Source of the DNA: Candidatus Heimdallarchaeota archaeon
GTDB lineage: Archaea > Asgardarchaeota > Heimdallarchaeia > Heimdallarchaeales > Kariarchaeaceae
Direction of reading: 5' to 3'
Assembly: GCA_030149205.1 (NCBI GenBank)
Contig: JASBSB010000001.1
Span: 90,001 to 122,000 of the forward strand
DNA length: 32,000 bases
The notes under the pieces are model-generated. The model did no database searches and was not told where the DNA came from. It saw only the letters and a program-made list of their open reading frames with translations. Made by a program: the position numbers and the translations under genes. The first letter of the stretch is position 1. Every line of letters begins with the position of its first letter. Shown here piece after piece: positions 8,540 to 18,115 of this stretch.

Positions 8540-9940
8540 TCACCTCAGTGTTAGCTCCATATCCTTCCTTGTCAATGCAACATTTGAAATTTTAACAGAG
8601 GGAGATACGCTTCCAACTATGACAGGGTCCATTTCTTTCTCACAAATTACAGGACGGGAGTTTAAGGACCTTGTAATCTGAAATTGCTTGTTTAGTATAT
8701 TGCCCACATTGCCTCGTATCCTTATTGGTGCCAGTAATTCACCTAGCTCTCCATCCTTTACCTCTCTGATCAGGTTAGGTGAGAGGATAAACTCTCCAGT
8801 TGCCACGTTAATTTGTGCTTGAGGAACATCAATTATATACATCCCTGATTTGACCTCACTTAAAAGTTCATCTTCTTTGAAATCACCAGGTTCTAGAACC
8901 AGATTTGATTGCCTTGGTCTAGGAATTTCAAATGATAAACCTGCTCTTGAATTTCCAGTTAATGGCAGCTTGAGCTGGAAAGACGATTCTCTATCAACCA
9001 AGTAGTTAGTCAAGATTCCTTCTTCGATTAGATTTACTCCACCGGACTTGACTCCTTCATCATCATACCCATACCAAGTTAAATGCTCCAAAGACTTTAC
9101 ATCTGAGATAGAAATCTCAGAGCCTGCAATTTTCTGACCCATTGATGACCTCAAAAACGATTGATTTTTAACTACTGTGTCTCCCTCGAGTGCATGACCC
9201 AATGTCTCATGAAATAGTGTCCATGTTGCGTCATGTGACCACAATATATCACCTCTGTCGATATCTACACTCCGTCTAAAATTAAGAGATTTTACATCAT
9301 CAATGAACAGGTTCAAAGATTTTACAACCTTTACCCATGTGACTGAATCTAATGTCGTGCCCCCTATTGTTGTCGAGAATTTGAGCTCTCCTACTGGAGT
9401 GTTTACAAATAAATCAATGACTAAGACCAAAGACAAGGATTGAGCCTCAATTTGCATTCCTTCAGAACTAAAATATTTGTTGTCTGATTCATTTAGAATC
9501 AGTCTTGAATTTATCCTAACTCTATCTTTGAAATTACCTTCAATAAATTCAGTAATATCCTTCAATAGGTCACTCGCATATTCTTTAAAGCTTGCAGTCA
9601 AAATCCGCTTATCTCTCAAATCAATTTTCGCAGTTTTTATGGGTACTGGGGAAAGAGGAAGTGGTTCTACCTCACCCATGTTAGTTTCTCTTCTTCGTGA
9701 AAAGCGAGTCAGACTTGAATCCAAGGTATTAGTTTTATTCGAGTAATAATAAGCCTTCTCTTTTCCAGCTTGAAATTTTGATAAAATCCCAAAATCTCGT
9801 AATTTGTGACTAAATATTTTACCGTTTGTACCTAAAAAAAAAGTTTCCCTAACGTTTTCAGTTATTCTCATGTCAACGAATCCAGAAAATATAAGGCTAA
9901 TTTTATCAAGTAAGAATTCATAGTCAGATGATTGACTCAC
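8540..9940 (-). CDS. tldD: TldD/PmbA family zinc metalloprotease, TldD subunit
   Basis: LFHETLGHALEGD (HExxxH), YDDEGV, LIEEGIL, TGNSRA, PRPRQSNL and a C-terminal CEK...PVIVGSVSPSV. Confidence 0.9.
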   Translation of the reverse strand: MSQSSDYEFLLDKISLIFSGFVDMRITENVRETFFLGTNGKIFSHKLRDFGILSKFQAGKEKAYYYSNKTNTLDSSLTRFSRRRETNMGEVEPLPLSPVPIKTAKIDLRDKRILTASFKEYASDLLKDITEFIEGNFKDRVRINSRLILNESDNKYFSSEGMQIEAQSLSLVLVIDLFVNTPVGELKFSTTIGGTTLDSVTWVKVVKSLNLFIDDVKSLNFRRSVDIDRGDILWSHDATWTLFHETLGHALEGDTVVKNQSFLRSSMGQKIAGSEISISDVKSLEHLTWYGYDDEGVKSGGVNLIEEGILTNYLVDRESSFQLKLPLTGNSRAGLSFEIPRPRQSNLVLEPGDFKEDELLSEVKSGMYIIDVPQAQINVATGEFILSPNLIREVKDGELGELLAPIRIRGNVGNILNKQFQITRSLNSRPVICEKEMDPVIVGSVSPSVKISNVALTRKDMELTLR

Positions 9941-10044
9941 AAGTTAATAAATTTCTGCACTTATTTTAATATTATTCAATTAAGAGAAGGGGATTCTTAA
10001 GTAAAAGTAAATAATGAATTGATAGAACAAAATTCTACTTTACG

Positions 10045-10836
10045 ATGAGTGATTTAAATGTACAGATAACTTGTTTACAAGAAATTGGACTGTCAGAGTA
10101 TGAATCCAGATGTTTTATTAGTTTACTTGAGGAAGGAAAATCAACAGCTCCTAAATTGGCAAAGTTAGCAGATATACCTAGCAACAAAATTTATCAGGTT
10201 TTAGAGAGATTAACTGGAAAAGGATATGTGAAACGACTAAAAGGAAAGGGCTCTGTTTATCAATTTTATCCAACTGACTTTAACCAGCTCTTCGATCAGT
10301 TAGAGTTAGAATTTAGAAAAAAGGTTGATTTAGCAAGAAGGCAACTCAGCATGTTGTTGGAAAGACAAAAACGTACTGAGTTTCCAACAACCTATACAAT
10401 TACGGGAAGAAATGAACTAAATGCAACCCTACGACAGATTTTAACGAGTACATCAACGAATCTCCTTATTTCTTTAGACACTCTTGTGGAGATAGAACTA
10501 AGTAAATCAATTGGTTTGCTTAAAGATCTCTATTCTCAGGGTGTAAACATCAAAGTTCTCACATCACCTGAAGGAATTAATGATAGTTATGAAATAAATA
10601 TTTACAAAGAATTAAAGTTCTTAGAATTTCGCATAACTGAACATAGGCTGACAAACATCCTGGTTATAGTTGACACAACCTATAGCGTGCAGGTTACGTA
10701 CACCTCAGTGAAAGAAACTCAGGAGGAAAAGGAATTTGTTGGACTTTACAGTGAAGATTCTGGGATGGCTAAGATGCTGTCAGAAACTTTTAAGCTATAT
10801 TGGGAAAGAAGTAAGTCCATTGATCAATTCTTATAG
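10045..10836 (+). CDS. TrmB family transcriptional regulator
   Basis: GLSEYESRCFISLLEEGKSTAPKLAKLADIPSNKIYQVLERLTGKGYV wHTH, followed by a coiled coil and a C-terminal PLD-like effector domain. Confidence 0.88.
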   Translation: MSDLNVQITCLQEIGLSEYESRCFISLLEEGKSTAPKLAKLADIPSNKIYQVLERLTGKGYVKRLKGKGSVYQFYPTDFNQLFDQLELEFRKKVDLARRQLSMLLERQKRTEFPTTYTITGRNELNATLRQILTSTSTNLLISLDTLVEIELSKSIGLLKDLYSQGVNIKVLTSPEGINDSYEINIYKELKFLEFRITEHRLTNILVIVDTTYSVQVTYTSVKETQEEKEFVGLYSEDSGMAKMLSETFKLYWERSKSIDQFL

Positions 10837-10888
10837 GAACAAGGTAACCTTCAAAGATTTTTTTATATGGGTGGAGCAGTAGTATGTT

Positions 10889-11902
10889 ATGGGGTTTTTT
10901 GAACCTGACAGATTCCAAAACCGAGATGATGAAAGTCAACCTCAGGAATCATTTGCGACTCTGTCAAATTGGGTTTCTCAAAACTCTATCATTGGGTTAA
11001 CTAACACTTATTATTCAGAGACCCTCCCAGGAGAGCTAATTGATAGGTTTCATAAAAAGAAATTATTCCTAAACTATGTTGAGCATATAGTCAAACTCTC
11101 ATCAACTGTGTTTGAATCTACCAAGAGAGGAATATTGTATCAAAGAGGATACCTTGATGTGGATGAGATTGATTTAGGATGGTTAAGTCAGCGTGCAAAC
11201 ATGGAGATCCAAAGCAACTCAAACATAGAGAACCTCATCTATGGTGAGACCTTTTTGTTAATCCCACTTGCCACATCCTCTGGTTTCGAAATTTCAGGAA
11301 GATCAAGTATAAGTGATGACATCTCATATAAAACCATTGAATCTGGGGTTAATGAGATTATCACAAACAGTTCACCGGAAGATACAGTCTACATCTTAGA
11401 GCTATTGTTTGGTACACCTAATTCGGCATTCAAGCTAAAGGGATTAGTAGAAGTCACTTTTCCGGAGACAGTGGAACATATTTTAGATTCAGCCATTAAT
11501 CTATTAGATTTTTATAAGCTATTTGCAAATCAGAATACCTTATTTAAGGTCATCTCAGAGGGTTATTCAAAAGTTTTCGAGAATGGACTAACAAACTTTT
11601 GGAAGGTTTACGAAGAGACTAAACGAGTATCACTTGCTGTAACACAATCCTTTATAGCGCTTTGCTCCGTGTTGACTGATTCTTCTATAGAATCCATCCA
11701 TGGATTTGATAACGCAAAAAAAGTGCAGGTCAAAGCAAAAAATTACCTCAAACGGGGCGGCGTGTTATCAGATGACCAAGATTTTTTTACCTATGAGCTA
11801 AAGCCTGTTTTTAGTGAATTTGTGCCTCGATTGATCCTACCACTAACCTCTTCTGTCTCCTTTCTTGCCTATCTTTCAAACATTCACCCCTCTACTTCAT
11901 AA
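10889..11902 (+). CDS. Hypothetical protein; degenerate CitG (triphosphoribosyl-dephospho-CoA synthase)-like
   Basis: Segment order matches archaeal CitG (YGETFLLIPLA; GVNEIITNSSPED; ISEGYSKVFENGL; AVTQSFIAL...TDSSIESIHG...AKKVQVKA...RGG), but the NTNLG and NPGTTAD motifs are lost. Confidence 0.5.
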   Translation: MGFFEPDRFQNRDDESQPQESFATLSNWVSQNSIIGLTNTYYSETLPGELIDRFHKKKLFLNYVEHIVKLSSTVFESTKRGILYQRGYLDVDEIDLGWLSQRANMEIQSNSNIENLIYGETFLLIPLATSSGFEISGRSSISDDISYKTIESGVNEIITNSSPEDTVYILELLFGTPNSAFKLKGLVEVTFPETVEHILDSAINLLDFYKLFANQNTLFKVISEGYSKVFENGLTNFWKVYEETKRVSLAVTQSFIALCSVLTDSSIESIHGFDNAKKVQVKAKNYLKRGGVLSDDQDFFTYELKPVFSEFVPRLILPLTSSVSFLAYLSNIHPSTS

Positions 11903-11935
11903 TTTATTCATAATTTTCTGTTGCTATTCACAACC

Positions 11936-11943
11936 TTTAAATA
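11936..11943 (+). promoter_or_regulatory. Putative TATA box for grpE-dnaK-dnaJ
   Basis: TTTAAATA lies about 75 nt upstream of the grpE ATG, with SD GAGGT at 12005-12009. The background is AT-rich, so this is weak evidence. Confidence 0.4.
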
Positions 11944-12015
11944 ACATCTAGACTATATTACATTAGGTATATTACCACAGTGACAATACTGTTGTGAGAA
12001 CTACGAGGTTGAAAT

Positions 12016-12708
12016 ATGAGTACAGATGAGAGAAAAGACACTCAAGAAAATAAAGACTCAACTCCAGAGTTGAAAGGTAAGACCGCAGAACAAACAACCA
12101 AAGAGGCAATTCCTTCTGAGACAGATAAGCCTGAATTGGATGAATCCAAATCAAAAGTGAAAAAGGATGAAAAATCAAAAAATAAAAAGAAGGAGGACAA
12201 TGTAATTCTAGAAAAAAAGAAGTATGAGGAATTAGTAAGCATAGAAAAAATTGCTATGGAGGAAGTAAAAAGAGCAAGAGCTGATAGTCTTAATTTCAGA
12301 AGAAGAGTAGAAAAGGAAAAGGATGAATTTCTAAAATACTCGTCAGCTAAGATTTTAGAGAAGTTCTTACCTATAGTTGATGATCTTCATAGATTGGTCG
12401 AACAAGGGAAGGACACTATCGATGAAACACATATGCAACCAATTAAAAGTGTTCTTGCTCGGATTGAGAAAATTTTTGATGAGGAAGGAGTAAAACTTAT
12501 TGAGATCAAGAAGGGTAAAACCAAATTTGACCCTAGATTTCATGAGGCAATATTTGCACTGCCCTCAGAAGAACACGATCCAAACATTGTGGTTGATATT
12601 GTAAATACGGGGTTTGTGAAGGGTGAGAGAGTCTTAAGACCTGCAAAGGTTGTCATTTCGAAAAAGAATGAAGTTTCAGAAACTAACGAAAATAAAGAGG
12701 AGAATTAA
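12016..12708 (+). CDS. grpE: Nucleotide exchange factor GrpE
   Basis: [30 protein letters not shown] and [17 protein letters not shown]; immediately upstream of dnaK. Confidence 0.95.
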   Translation: MSTDERKDTQENKDSTPELKGKTAEQTTKEAIPSETDKPELDESKSKVKKDEKSKNKKKEDNVILEKKKYEELVSIEKIAMEEVKRARADSLNFRRRVEKEKDEFLKYSSAKILEKFLPIVDDLHRLVEQGKDTIDETHMQPIKSVLARIEKIFDEEGVKLIEIKKGKTKFDPRFHEAIFALPSEEHDPNIVVDIVNTGFVKGERVLRPAKVVISKKNEVSETNENKEEN

Positions 12709-12709
12709 T

Positions 12710-14584
12710 ATGGCAAAGGAAATTGTAATAGGAATAGACTTAGGAACAACCAACTCTGTTGCGGCTTACTTGGAAAATGGGGAAGCCAAGGTTATCCCCA
12801 CTGCTGAAGGAGGAAATTTGACGCCTTCAGTAGTAAGTTTTAACGAGGACGGAACTAGAGTAGTGGGAGTATTAGCAAAAAGACAGGCAGTGTCACAACC
12901 TGAACGAACAATTGCGGAATCTAAGAGAGACATGGGAACCAACAAAAAGTACAAAGTTGGTGAAAAAGAATATACCCCCCAAGAAATTGCAGCATTTGTA
13001 TTACAAAAAATTAAAACTGACGCTGAGGGATACTTGGGACAACCCATTAAAAAAGCAGTAATAACTGTACCTGCCTACTTTTCAGATAGTCAAAGGACGG
13101 CAACACGAGATGCTGGCAGAATTGCAGGGTTAGAAGTTTTAAGAATTGTTGCAGAACCAACAGCTTCTGCTTTGGCCTATGGTCTAGAGAAGGACCAAGA
13201 AGAAACTATCTTGGTTTTCGACCTTGGTGGCGGTACCTTTGATGTTTCTGTCTTAGATTTAGACGAAGGTATTTTCGAGGTGAAAGCAACTGCAGGAAAT
13301 AATAAACTGGGTGGTAAGGACTTTGATGAAAAGATCGTTGATTGGTTGATTGAAGAATTCAAGAAAGATGAAGGTATTGACCTTTCAAAGGATAGAATAG
13401 CCATGCAGAGGTTAAAAGATGCTGCAGAAGAGGCTAAAATTGCACTTTCAACCGTAATGCAGACTCAAATCAACCTTAATTATATTACAGCAGATGCTAG
13501 TGGTCCAAAACACCTTCAAAAAACCCTTTCAAGGGCTCAATTTGAAGATATGACCAGAGAACTCATAGATTCCACTGTAGGACCAATGAGAAGGGCAATA
13601 GAAGATTCTGGAAAGAAACTATCAGATATTGCAAAAGTCATTTTGGTCGGTGGTTCAACCAGAATTCCAGCAATACAAAAAGTCGTAAAGGAGGTCACAG
13701 GAAAAGATCCTTACAAAGGAATTGATCCAGACCTCGTAGTTGCTGAGGGTGCTGCGATTCAGGCAGGTGTTTTATCGGGTGAAGTAGATGATATTCTTCT
13801 TCTTGATGTCACACCATTAACACTAGGTGTTGAGACCCTGGGTGGTGTTATGACACCAATGATTGAAAGGAACACAACAATCCCAACCCGAAAATCCCAG
13901 GTATATAGCACTGCTGCAGATAACCAAACTGCTGTTGAAATCCATGTCTTACAAGGTGAAAGACCAAAAGCACGAGATAATATTTCTCTAGGGAAATTTA
14001 ATCTGGTAGGAATCCCACCAGCTCCAAGAGGAATACCCCAAATTGAGGTGACCTTCGACATTGATAGTAACGGAATTGTTCACGTGACCGCAAAAGATTT
14101 AGCAACTGGGAATGAGCAGAAAATGGTTATAAACAGATCTCAGACATCCCTATCTGAAAAAGACATCGAACAGAAAATCAGAGAAGCTGAACAACATGCT
14201 GAGGAAGACAAAAAATTCAAGGAGCATGTGAAGATACGAAACGAGGCCGAAGGTTTGGTTTTCGGTATCAAGAAAGCTGTAACTGATGCAGGAGATAAAT
14301 TAACTGAAGATGATAAAAAAGTAATCGATGAGAAGATTACTGCAGTTGATGAAGCACTCAAGTCAGATGATGAAACCAGAATTACTTCTGCAAAAACTGA
14401 CCTTGAACAAACCTTCCAACAATTCGCTGCTAAGCTGTACCCTCAAGGTCAGCAGCAAGCCACCCCAGAAGGTAATTGGGGTGTAAACCCTGAGTCTGCT
14501 ACTGGGTCAGCAAATGATACACAATCTTCAGCGAAAGACAGTGGATTTGTCGATGTAGATTACGAAGTGGAAGATAATAACTAA
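12710..14584 (+). CDS. dnaK: Chaperone DnaK (Hsp70)
   Basis: [44 protein letters not shown] and [15 protein letters not shown]. Start placed at ATG 12710 behind GAGGAG rather than at 12650. Confidence 0.98.
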   Translation: MAKEIVIGIDLGTTNSVAAYLENGEAKVIPTAEGGNLTPSVVSFNEDGTRVVGVLAKRQAVSQPERTIAESKRDMGTNKKYKVGEKEYTPQEIAAFVLQKIKTDAEGYLGQPIKKAVITVPAYFSDSQRTATRDAGRIAGLEVLRIVAEPTASALAYGLEKDQEETILVFDLGGGTFDVSVLDLDEGIFEVKATAGNNKLGGKDFDEKIVDWLIEEFKKDEGIDLSKDRIAMQRLKDAAEEAKIALSTVMQTQINLNYITADASGPKHLQKTLSRAQFEDMTRELIDSTVGPMRRAIEDSGKKLSDIAKVILVGGSTRIPAIQKVVKEVTGKDPYKGIDPDLVVAEGAAIQAGVLSGEVDDILLLDVTPLTLGVETLGGVMTPMIERNTTIPTRKSQVYSTAADNQTAVEIHVLQGERPKARDNISLGKFNLVGIPPAPRGIPQIEVTFDIDSNGIVHVTAKDLATGNEQKMVINRSQTSLSEKDIEQKIREAEQHAEEDKKFKEHVKIRNEAEGLVFGIKKAVTDAGDKLTEDDKKVIDEKITAVDEALKSDDETRITSAKTDLEQTFQQFAAKLYPQGQQQATPEGNWGVNPESATGSANDTQSSAKDSGFVDVDYEVEDNN

Positions 14585-14593
14585 GCTTCCAAT

Positions 14594-14615
14594 GCTAGGG
14601 GAAACAACCCCTAGC
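14594..14615 (+). terminator. GC-rich stem-loop between dnaK and dnaJ (terminator or mRNA stabiliser)
   Basis: GCTAGGGG-aaacaa-CCCCTAGC is a perfect 8-bp stem, followed by tttaatt. Confidence 0.7.
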
Positions 14616-14644
14616 TTTAATTGTCTGGGAAAGGATGTAAATTT

Positions 14645-15748
14645 ATGGCAAAAGAAGATTATTATAAAATTTTAGGAGTTTCAAAAAGCGCTTCACCAGA
14701 CGAACTGAAGAAGGCGTTTAAGAAAAAAGCATTGGAGTATCACCCAGACAGATATAAGGGTGACAAGGCGGAGGCTGAGGAAAAATTCAAGGAGCTAAAT
14801 GAGGCATATGCTGTCTTATCAGACCCTAAGCAGAGGGAGATCTATGACAGATTTGGACATGATGGGTTAGACCCACGTATTCATCAGCAAACATATGCAA
14901 CTGATCCAATGGATTTCTTCTCCAGTATTTTTGGTGACCTCTTTGGTGGTGGATTTGGATTTGGTTCTTCAGGTTTTGGATCAAGAAGACCTCAAGGTCC
15001 CACCCGCGGGGAAGACGCCGTTCTCAATGTCAATATATCATTGGAAGAAGCATACAAGGGCACTTCAAAGAAAATAAAATTACCTTACAAAAGAGCATGT
15101 AAAGCATGTAATGGAAGTAGGGCAGCAGAAGGTAGTAAGCTTGTAACTTGTTCAACCTGTGGAGGTTCTGGAACTGTGGAAAGACAAACTAGACAGGGGA
15201 TGTTTGTTCAGATCACTAGATCAGCTTGTAGTCAATGTGGTGGAACTGGAAAGGTTCCAGAGAAACCCTGCCCAGTTTGCAATGGATCAGGATTATCTAA
15301 TGAACGTGAAACTATTTCTGTGAAGATACCCCCTGGGATAGATGAAGGACAACTTGTTAGAGTTCAAGGAAAGGGATACCCATCCAGCAATGGTGGGATG
15401 GCTGGAGATTTGATCCTTAGAATCCAGTTAAAGGAGCACTCTGTATTTACTCGACGAGGTTCGGATACATATATGGAATTAAAGGTACCTTTTGACATTT
15501 TAGCTCTGGGTGGCGAAGTAAACGTTCCAACCATTGGAACATTCGCAGAAGGTAAAGAGGTAAAATTAAAGGTTCCTTCAGGTTCTCAAGTAAATGATAT
15601 TTTAAGAGTGAAAGGAAAAGGGTTTCCCGTAACTCCAAATTCCAAATCTAATGGTCATGCATTTTATGTTTTAAATGTTGAAGTTCCTAAAAAGCTGAGT
15701 AAAGCAGAAAAAGAAGCACTATTAATGTATAGACAAGCTCGAGGCTAA
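14645..15748 (+). CDS. dnaJ: Chaperone DnaJ (class A J-protein)
   Basis: J-domain with HPD, G/F-rich linker, four CxxC repeats (CKACNGSR, CSTCGGSG, CSQCGGTG, CPVCNGSG) and a C-terminal beta domain. Start placed at ATG 14645 (MAKEDYY). Confidence 0.97.
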   Translation: MAKEDYYKILGVSKSASPDELKKAFKKKALEYHPDRYKGDKAEAEEKFKELNEAYAVLSDPKQREIYDRFGHDGLDPRIHQQTYATDPMDFFSSIFGDLFGGGFGFGSSGFGSRRPQGPTRGEDAVLNVNISLEEAYKGTSKKIKLPYKRACKACNGSRAAEGSKLVTCSTCGGSGTVERQTRQGMFVQITRSACSQCGGTGKVPEKPCPVCNGSGLSNERETISVKIPPGIDEGQLVRVQGKGYPSSNGGMAGDLILRIQLKEHSVFTRRGSDTYMELKVPFDILALGGEVNVPTIGTFAEGKEVKLKVPSGSQVNDILRVKGKGFPVTPNSKSNGHAFYVLNVEVPKKLSKAEKEALLMYRQARG

Positions 15749-18051
15749 TCTAAGTCCTTTAAATGATCTATTGAACCAAATAACTCATCATCTTTTCCAG
15801 AGTGATCTGGTGTTGGAGCTTCATTATTCTCCAAGTCGCCACCATTAAGTTGAACACCTTCAAGGTCATTGATTCTAACAAAAGGTTCGTTATAAATTTG
15901 GATTAATTTATCAAACTGTTGTTTTCTGCTCTTGAATGAAAGAGAGACCTTTTGAAGCAAGGTAGCTGAACCAGATTGAATAATGTCCAGTGTTTGATTA
16001 ATTGATGTGTTAATTTGTAGCTCATTCAATTCGTTTAAAATTCGAAGATACAAATTGTTAAAGTTCTGGGCGATAAGTTCTGTTAAAGTGTCCACAATTC
16101 TGCTATCTGTTGATGACTCCTCAAGAGTCATCGTTCTCAGGATGTATTGAATTGATTGCAATTGCACTTCAAAAATTTGTGTTAGTTCTTGTATATATCC
16201 GTTTATTCTGTATTTCATTGCTCTTGTATCTAATGTCTCATCAGATGGGTTTTCAGAGACTTTAATCAATGATAGAAACTGTTTTATCATTCCTTGCAAT
16301 TCTCTAATTTTTACATCTTCTATTTTATTTAGAGAATCTATACTTTTTTGATTTAGTTGTTGAACTTTTGATAAATTCTCTTGCATTACAGCAGCTGATT
16401 CCTCCAGATAACCTTTGGAGAGAATATCGACTAAATTGACGATTTGGGATTCTAGTGAGAATATGATTTCCTGTAAATTTGCTGAAGACGTTTTTCCCTT
16501 ATTAGAGCTCTTGTTTCCAATTGCTTGCAGGGATGTTGCTAGCTTTTCATTTTCCTCTTTGATTTGATTGAAAAACGAGGATATATTTTCAAGTTGATTT
16601 GTAACTAGATATGATATCTGTTGCAAATCGATAGTGAGTTCGTTGGAGACAACTTCTTTTAGATTTTGCTTTCCTTCTATTGTTTGTCGTTTTGAGTTGG
16701 CTATTTCCTCCCTTATTTCACGCATAACCTCCTCTAGTGTGTTTTTAACAGACTGTTCTTTAGTTTCAGGAGAAAATATACTGTTTAAAGAAACAGAGTC
16801 AAAAGAATTCATTTCAGGGTCTACGGATGATTTTGGAATAATGTAATAGTCTTGTTCAAACTTTGCAATCTGATCATCAGAAATCTGAAGGTAAGTTTTA
16901 TCATCTTCTAATCCAAGTGTCGAATTTTTTATTGCTTCTGCTTTTGAATCTAAGTTAAATTCAATGTTTTCTAGGACCTCCTTTTCCACGTTTGTAAGAA
17001 TTTCAATAAAGGAAATTATTTGACCTGAAAGGTTATTCTCAAGTGAAGAGGTTATATCTTTTAATTTTCTGCTAATTTGAGACATTTCTGCTGTGAAATC
17101 CTCAATATGCTTGTTAAACTCTGTTAGGGCGACCTCAGCATCCTGGTCTTCTCCACGCTCAAATGACCCTCCATCACCTGAGGATTGAATTTCCCTCTCC
17201 AACCCGCTTAGAGTTTCATTGAAGTATGTCTTTATCTCATTAATAAATCCTTTTCGAAATTCAAGAAATTCCATTTTCTGTTTCTCTTCAATTTCAATTA
17301 CCATGGAATTAGTATTTTGATTTATTTTTTTTATTTCTAACTCAGAGATTCTGACATCAGATTTAAATCTGTCAACATATAGATCATATAAATTATTTAA
17401 TTTCCCAACTAATGACGGGGATGATTGACTTCCTTCTTTTAAATTTGCGAGCTTTTGATTTATCTCTTTGCCGAGAATTGATCCAAATTCTGCTAGTGAA
17501 ACCCGAATTGAAGTTTGGAGGTCTTTAAGTTGAGTTGAGAGCATTTCATTCATTTCATCCTCTTTTGGACTTATAAATGAGTTTAGGTTTTTACTATGTT
17601 CCTCTATCCCAGATGAAAGCTTACCCTGAACTTCTCGCAACTCTTTTTCAAAATTTATTTTCATGTCTCCAAATTGAGTTATATGGACGTTTTGAAACTC
17701 TCGTAACACTTTTTCTAGTAGAATCAGGAACTCAGTGATTGTAAATTCCACAATTTTATCTGTTTCTCCAAGCAATGATGCATCAAGATAATGTTGAATG
17801 TCTTCAAGAATCAACTGGATTAGACCAGTAAATGGAGGTACGGTGATGGTAGATTTTTCAGACTGCTCAATGAGATGAAGTAATCTTAAGGCTCTTAATT
17901 GAGATAACCTTTCATCCTCACTCCCTTCAAAAGCAGTTATTGCCTCTTCCAACTTCATAGAACCCGAAAGGTTTGGAAACAATTGTAAATATTTATCGAA
18001 AGTCTCACTAGATGAGATTAATTCATAAATTGTTGAGGGTAAATCAACCAT
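15745..18051 (-). CDS. Large acidic alpha-helical/coiled-coil protein with a possible N-terminal degenerate TrmB-like wHTH
   Basis: 768 aa, E/Q/L/I/S-rich, helical-looking throughout, no TM segment. The N-terminal LRALRLLHLIEQ...ITVPP resembles the TrmB wing. Its stop overlaps the dnaJ stop convergently. Confidence 0.6.
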   Translation of the reverse strand: MVDLPSTIYELISSSETFDKYLQLFPNLSGSMKLEEAITAFEGSEDERLSQLRALRLLHLIEQSEKSTITVPPFTGLIQLILEDIQHYLDASLLGETDKIVEFTITEFLILLEKVLREFQNVHITQFGDMKINFEKELREVQGKLSSGIEEHSKNLNSFISPKEDEMNEMLSTQLKDLQTSIRVSLAEFGSILGKEINQKLANLKEGSQSSPSLVGKLNNLYDLYVDRFKSDVRISELEIKKINQNTNSMVIEIEEKQKMEFLEFRKGFINEIKTYFNETLSGLEREIQSSGDGGSFERGEDQDAEVALTEFNKHIEDFTAEMSQISRKLKDITSSLENNLSGQIISFIEILTNVEKEVLENIEFNLDSKAEAIKNSTLGLEDDKTYLQISDDQIAKFEQDYYIIPKSSVDPEMNSFDSVSLNSIFSPETKEQSVKNTLEEVMREIREEIANSKRQTIEGKQNLKEVVSNELTIDLQQISYLVTNQLENISSFFNQIKEENEKLATSLQAIGNKSSNKGKTSSANLQEIIFSLESQIVNLVDILSKGYLEESAAVMQENLSKVQQLNQKSIDSLNKIEDVKIRELQGMIKQFLSLIKVSENPSDETLDTRAMKYRINGYIQELTQIFEVQLQSIQYILRTMTLEESSTDSRIVDTLTELIAQNFNNLYLRILNELNELQINTSINQTLDIIQSGSATLLQKVSLSFKSRKQQFDKLIQIYNEPFVRINDLEGVQLNGGDLENNEAPTPDHSGKDDELFGSIDHLKDLD

Positions 18052-18115
18052 TAATAATTATTTCTAGCGGTTCTATTTATGTACTTCTAATTTTGTCTCA
18101 GAAAAAATTCAGAAT

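Noticed and set aside
12650-12709. 20-codon N-terminal extension of DnaK, and similar extensions of DnaJ (14621-14644) and the histone (21770-21802)
   Set aside because: Downstream ATGs give family-typical N-termini, SD-supported for dnaK and the histone; the extensions are longest-ORF artefacts.
12766-14361. Four antisense ORFs (12766-13047, 13177-13404, 13759-14061, 14140-14361) opposite dnaK
   Set aside because: Open antisense frames are a common by-product of codon usage in hsp70 genes. Here they are fragmented, Ser/Phe-rich and lack SD sites.
15700-15748. DnaJ ends early (…YRQARG) and its stop overlaps that of the convergent gene
   Set aside because: All functional domains are present; short tails and overlapping convergent stops are common in compact genomes, so this is not a pseudogene.
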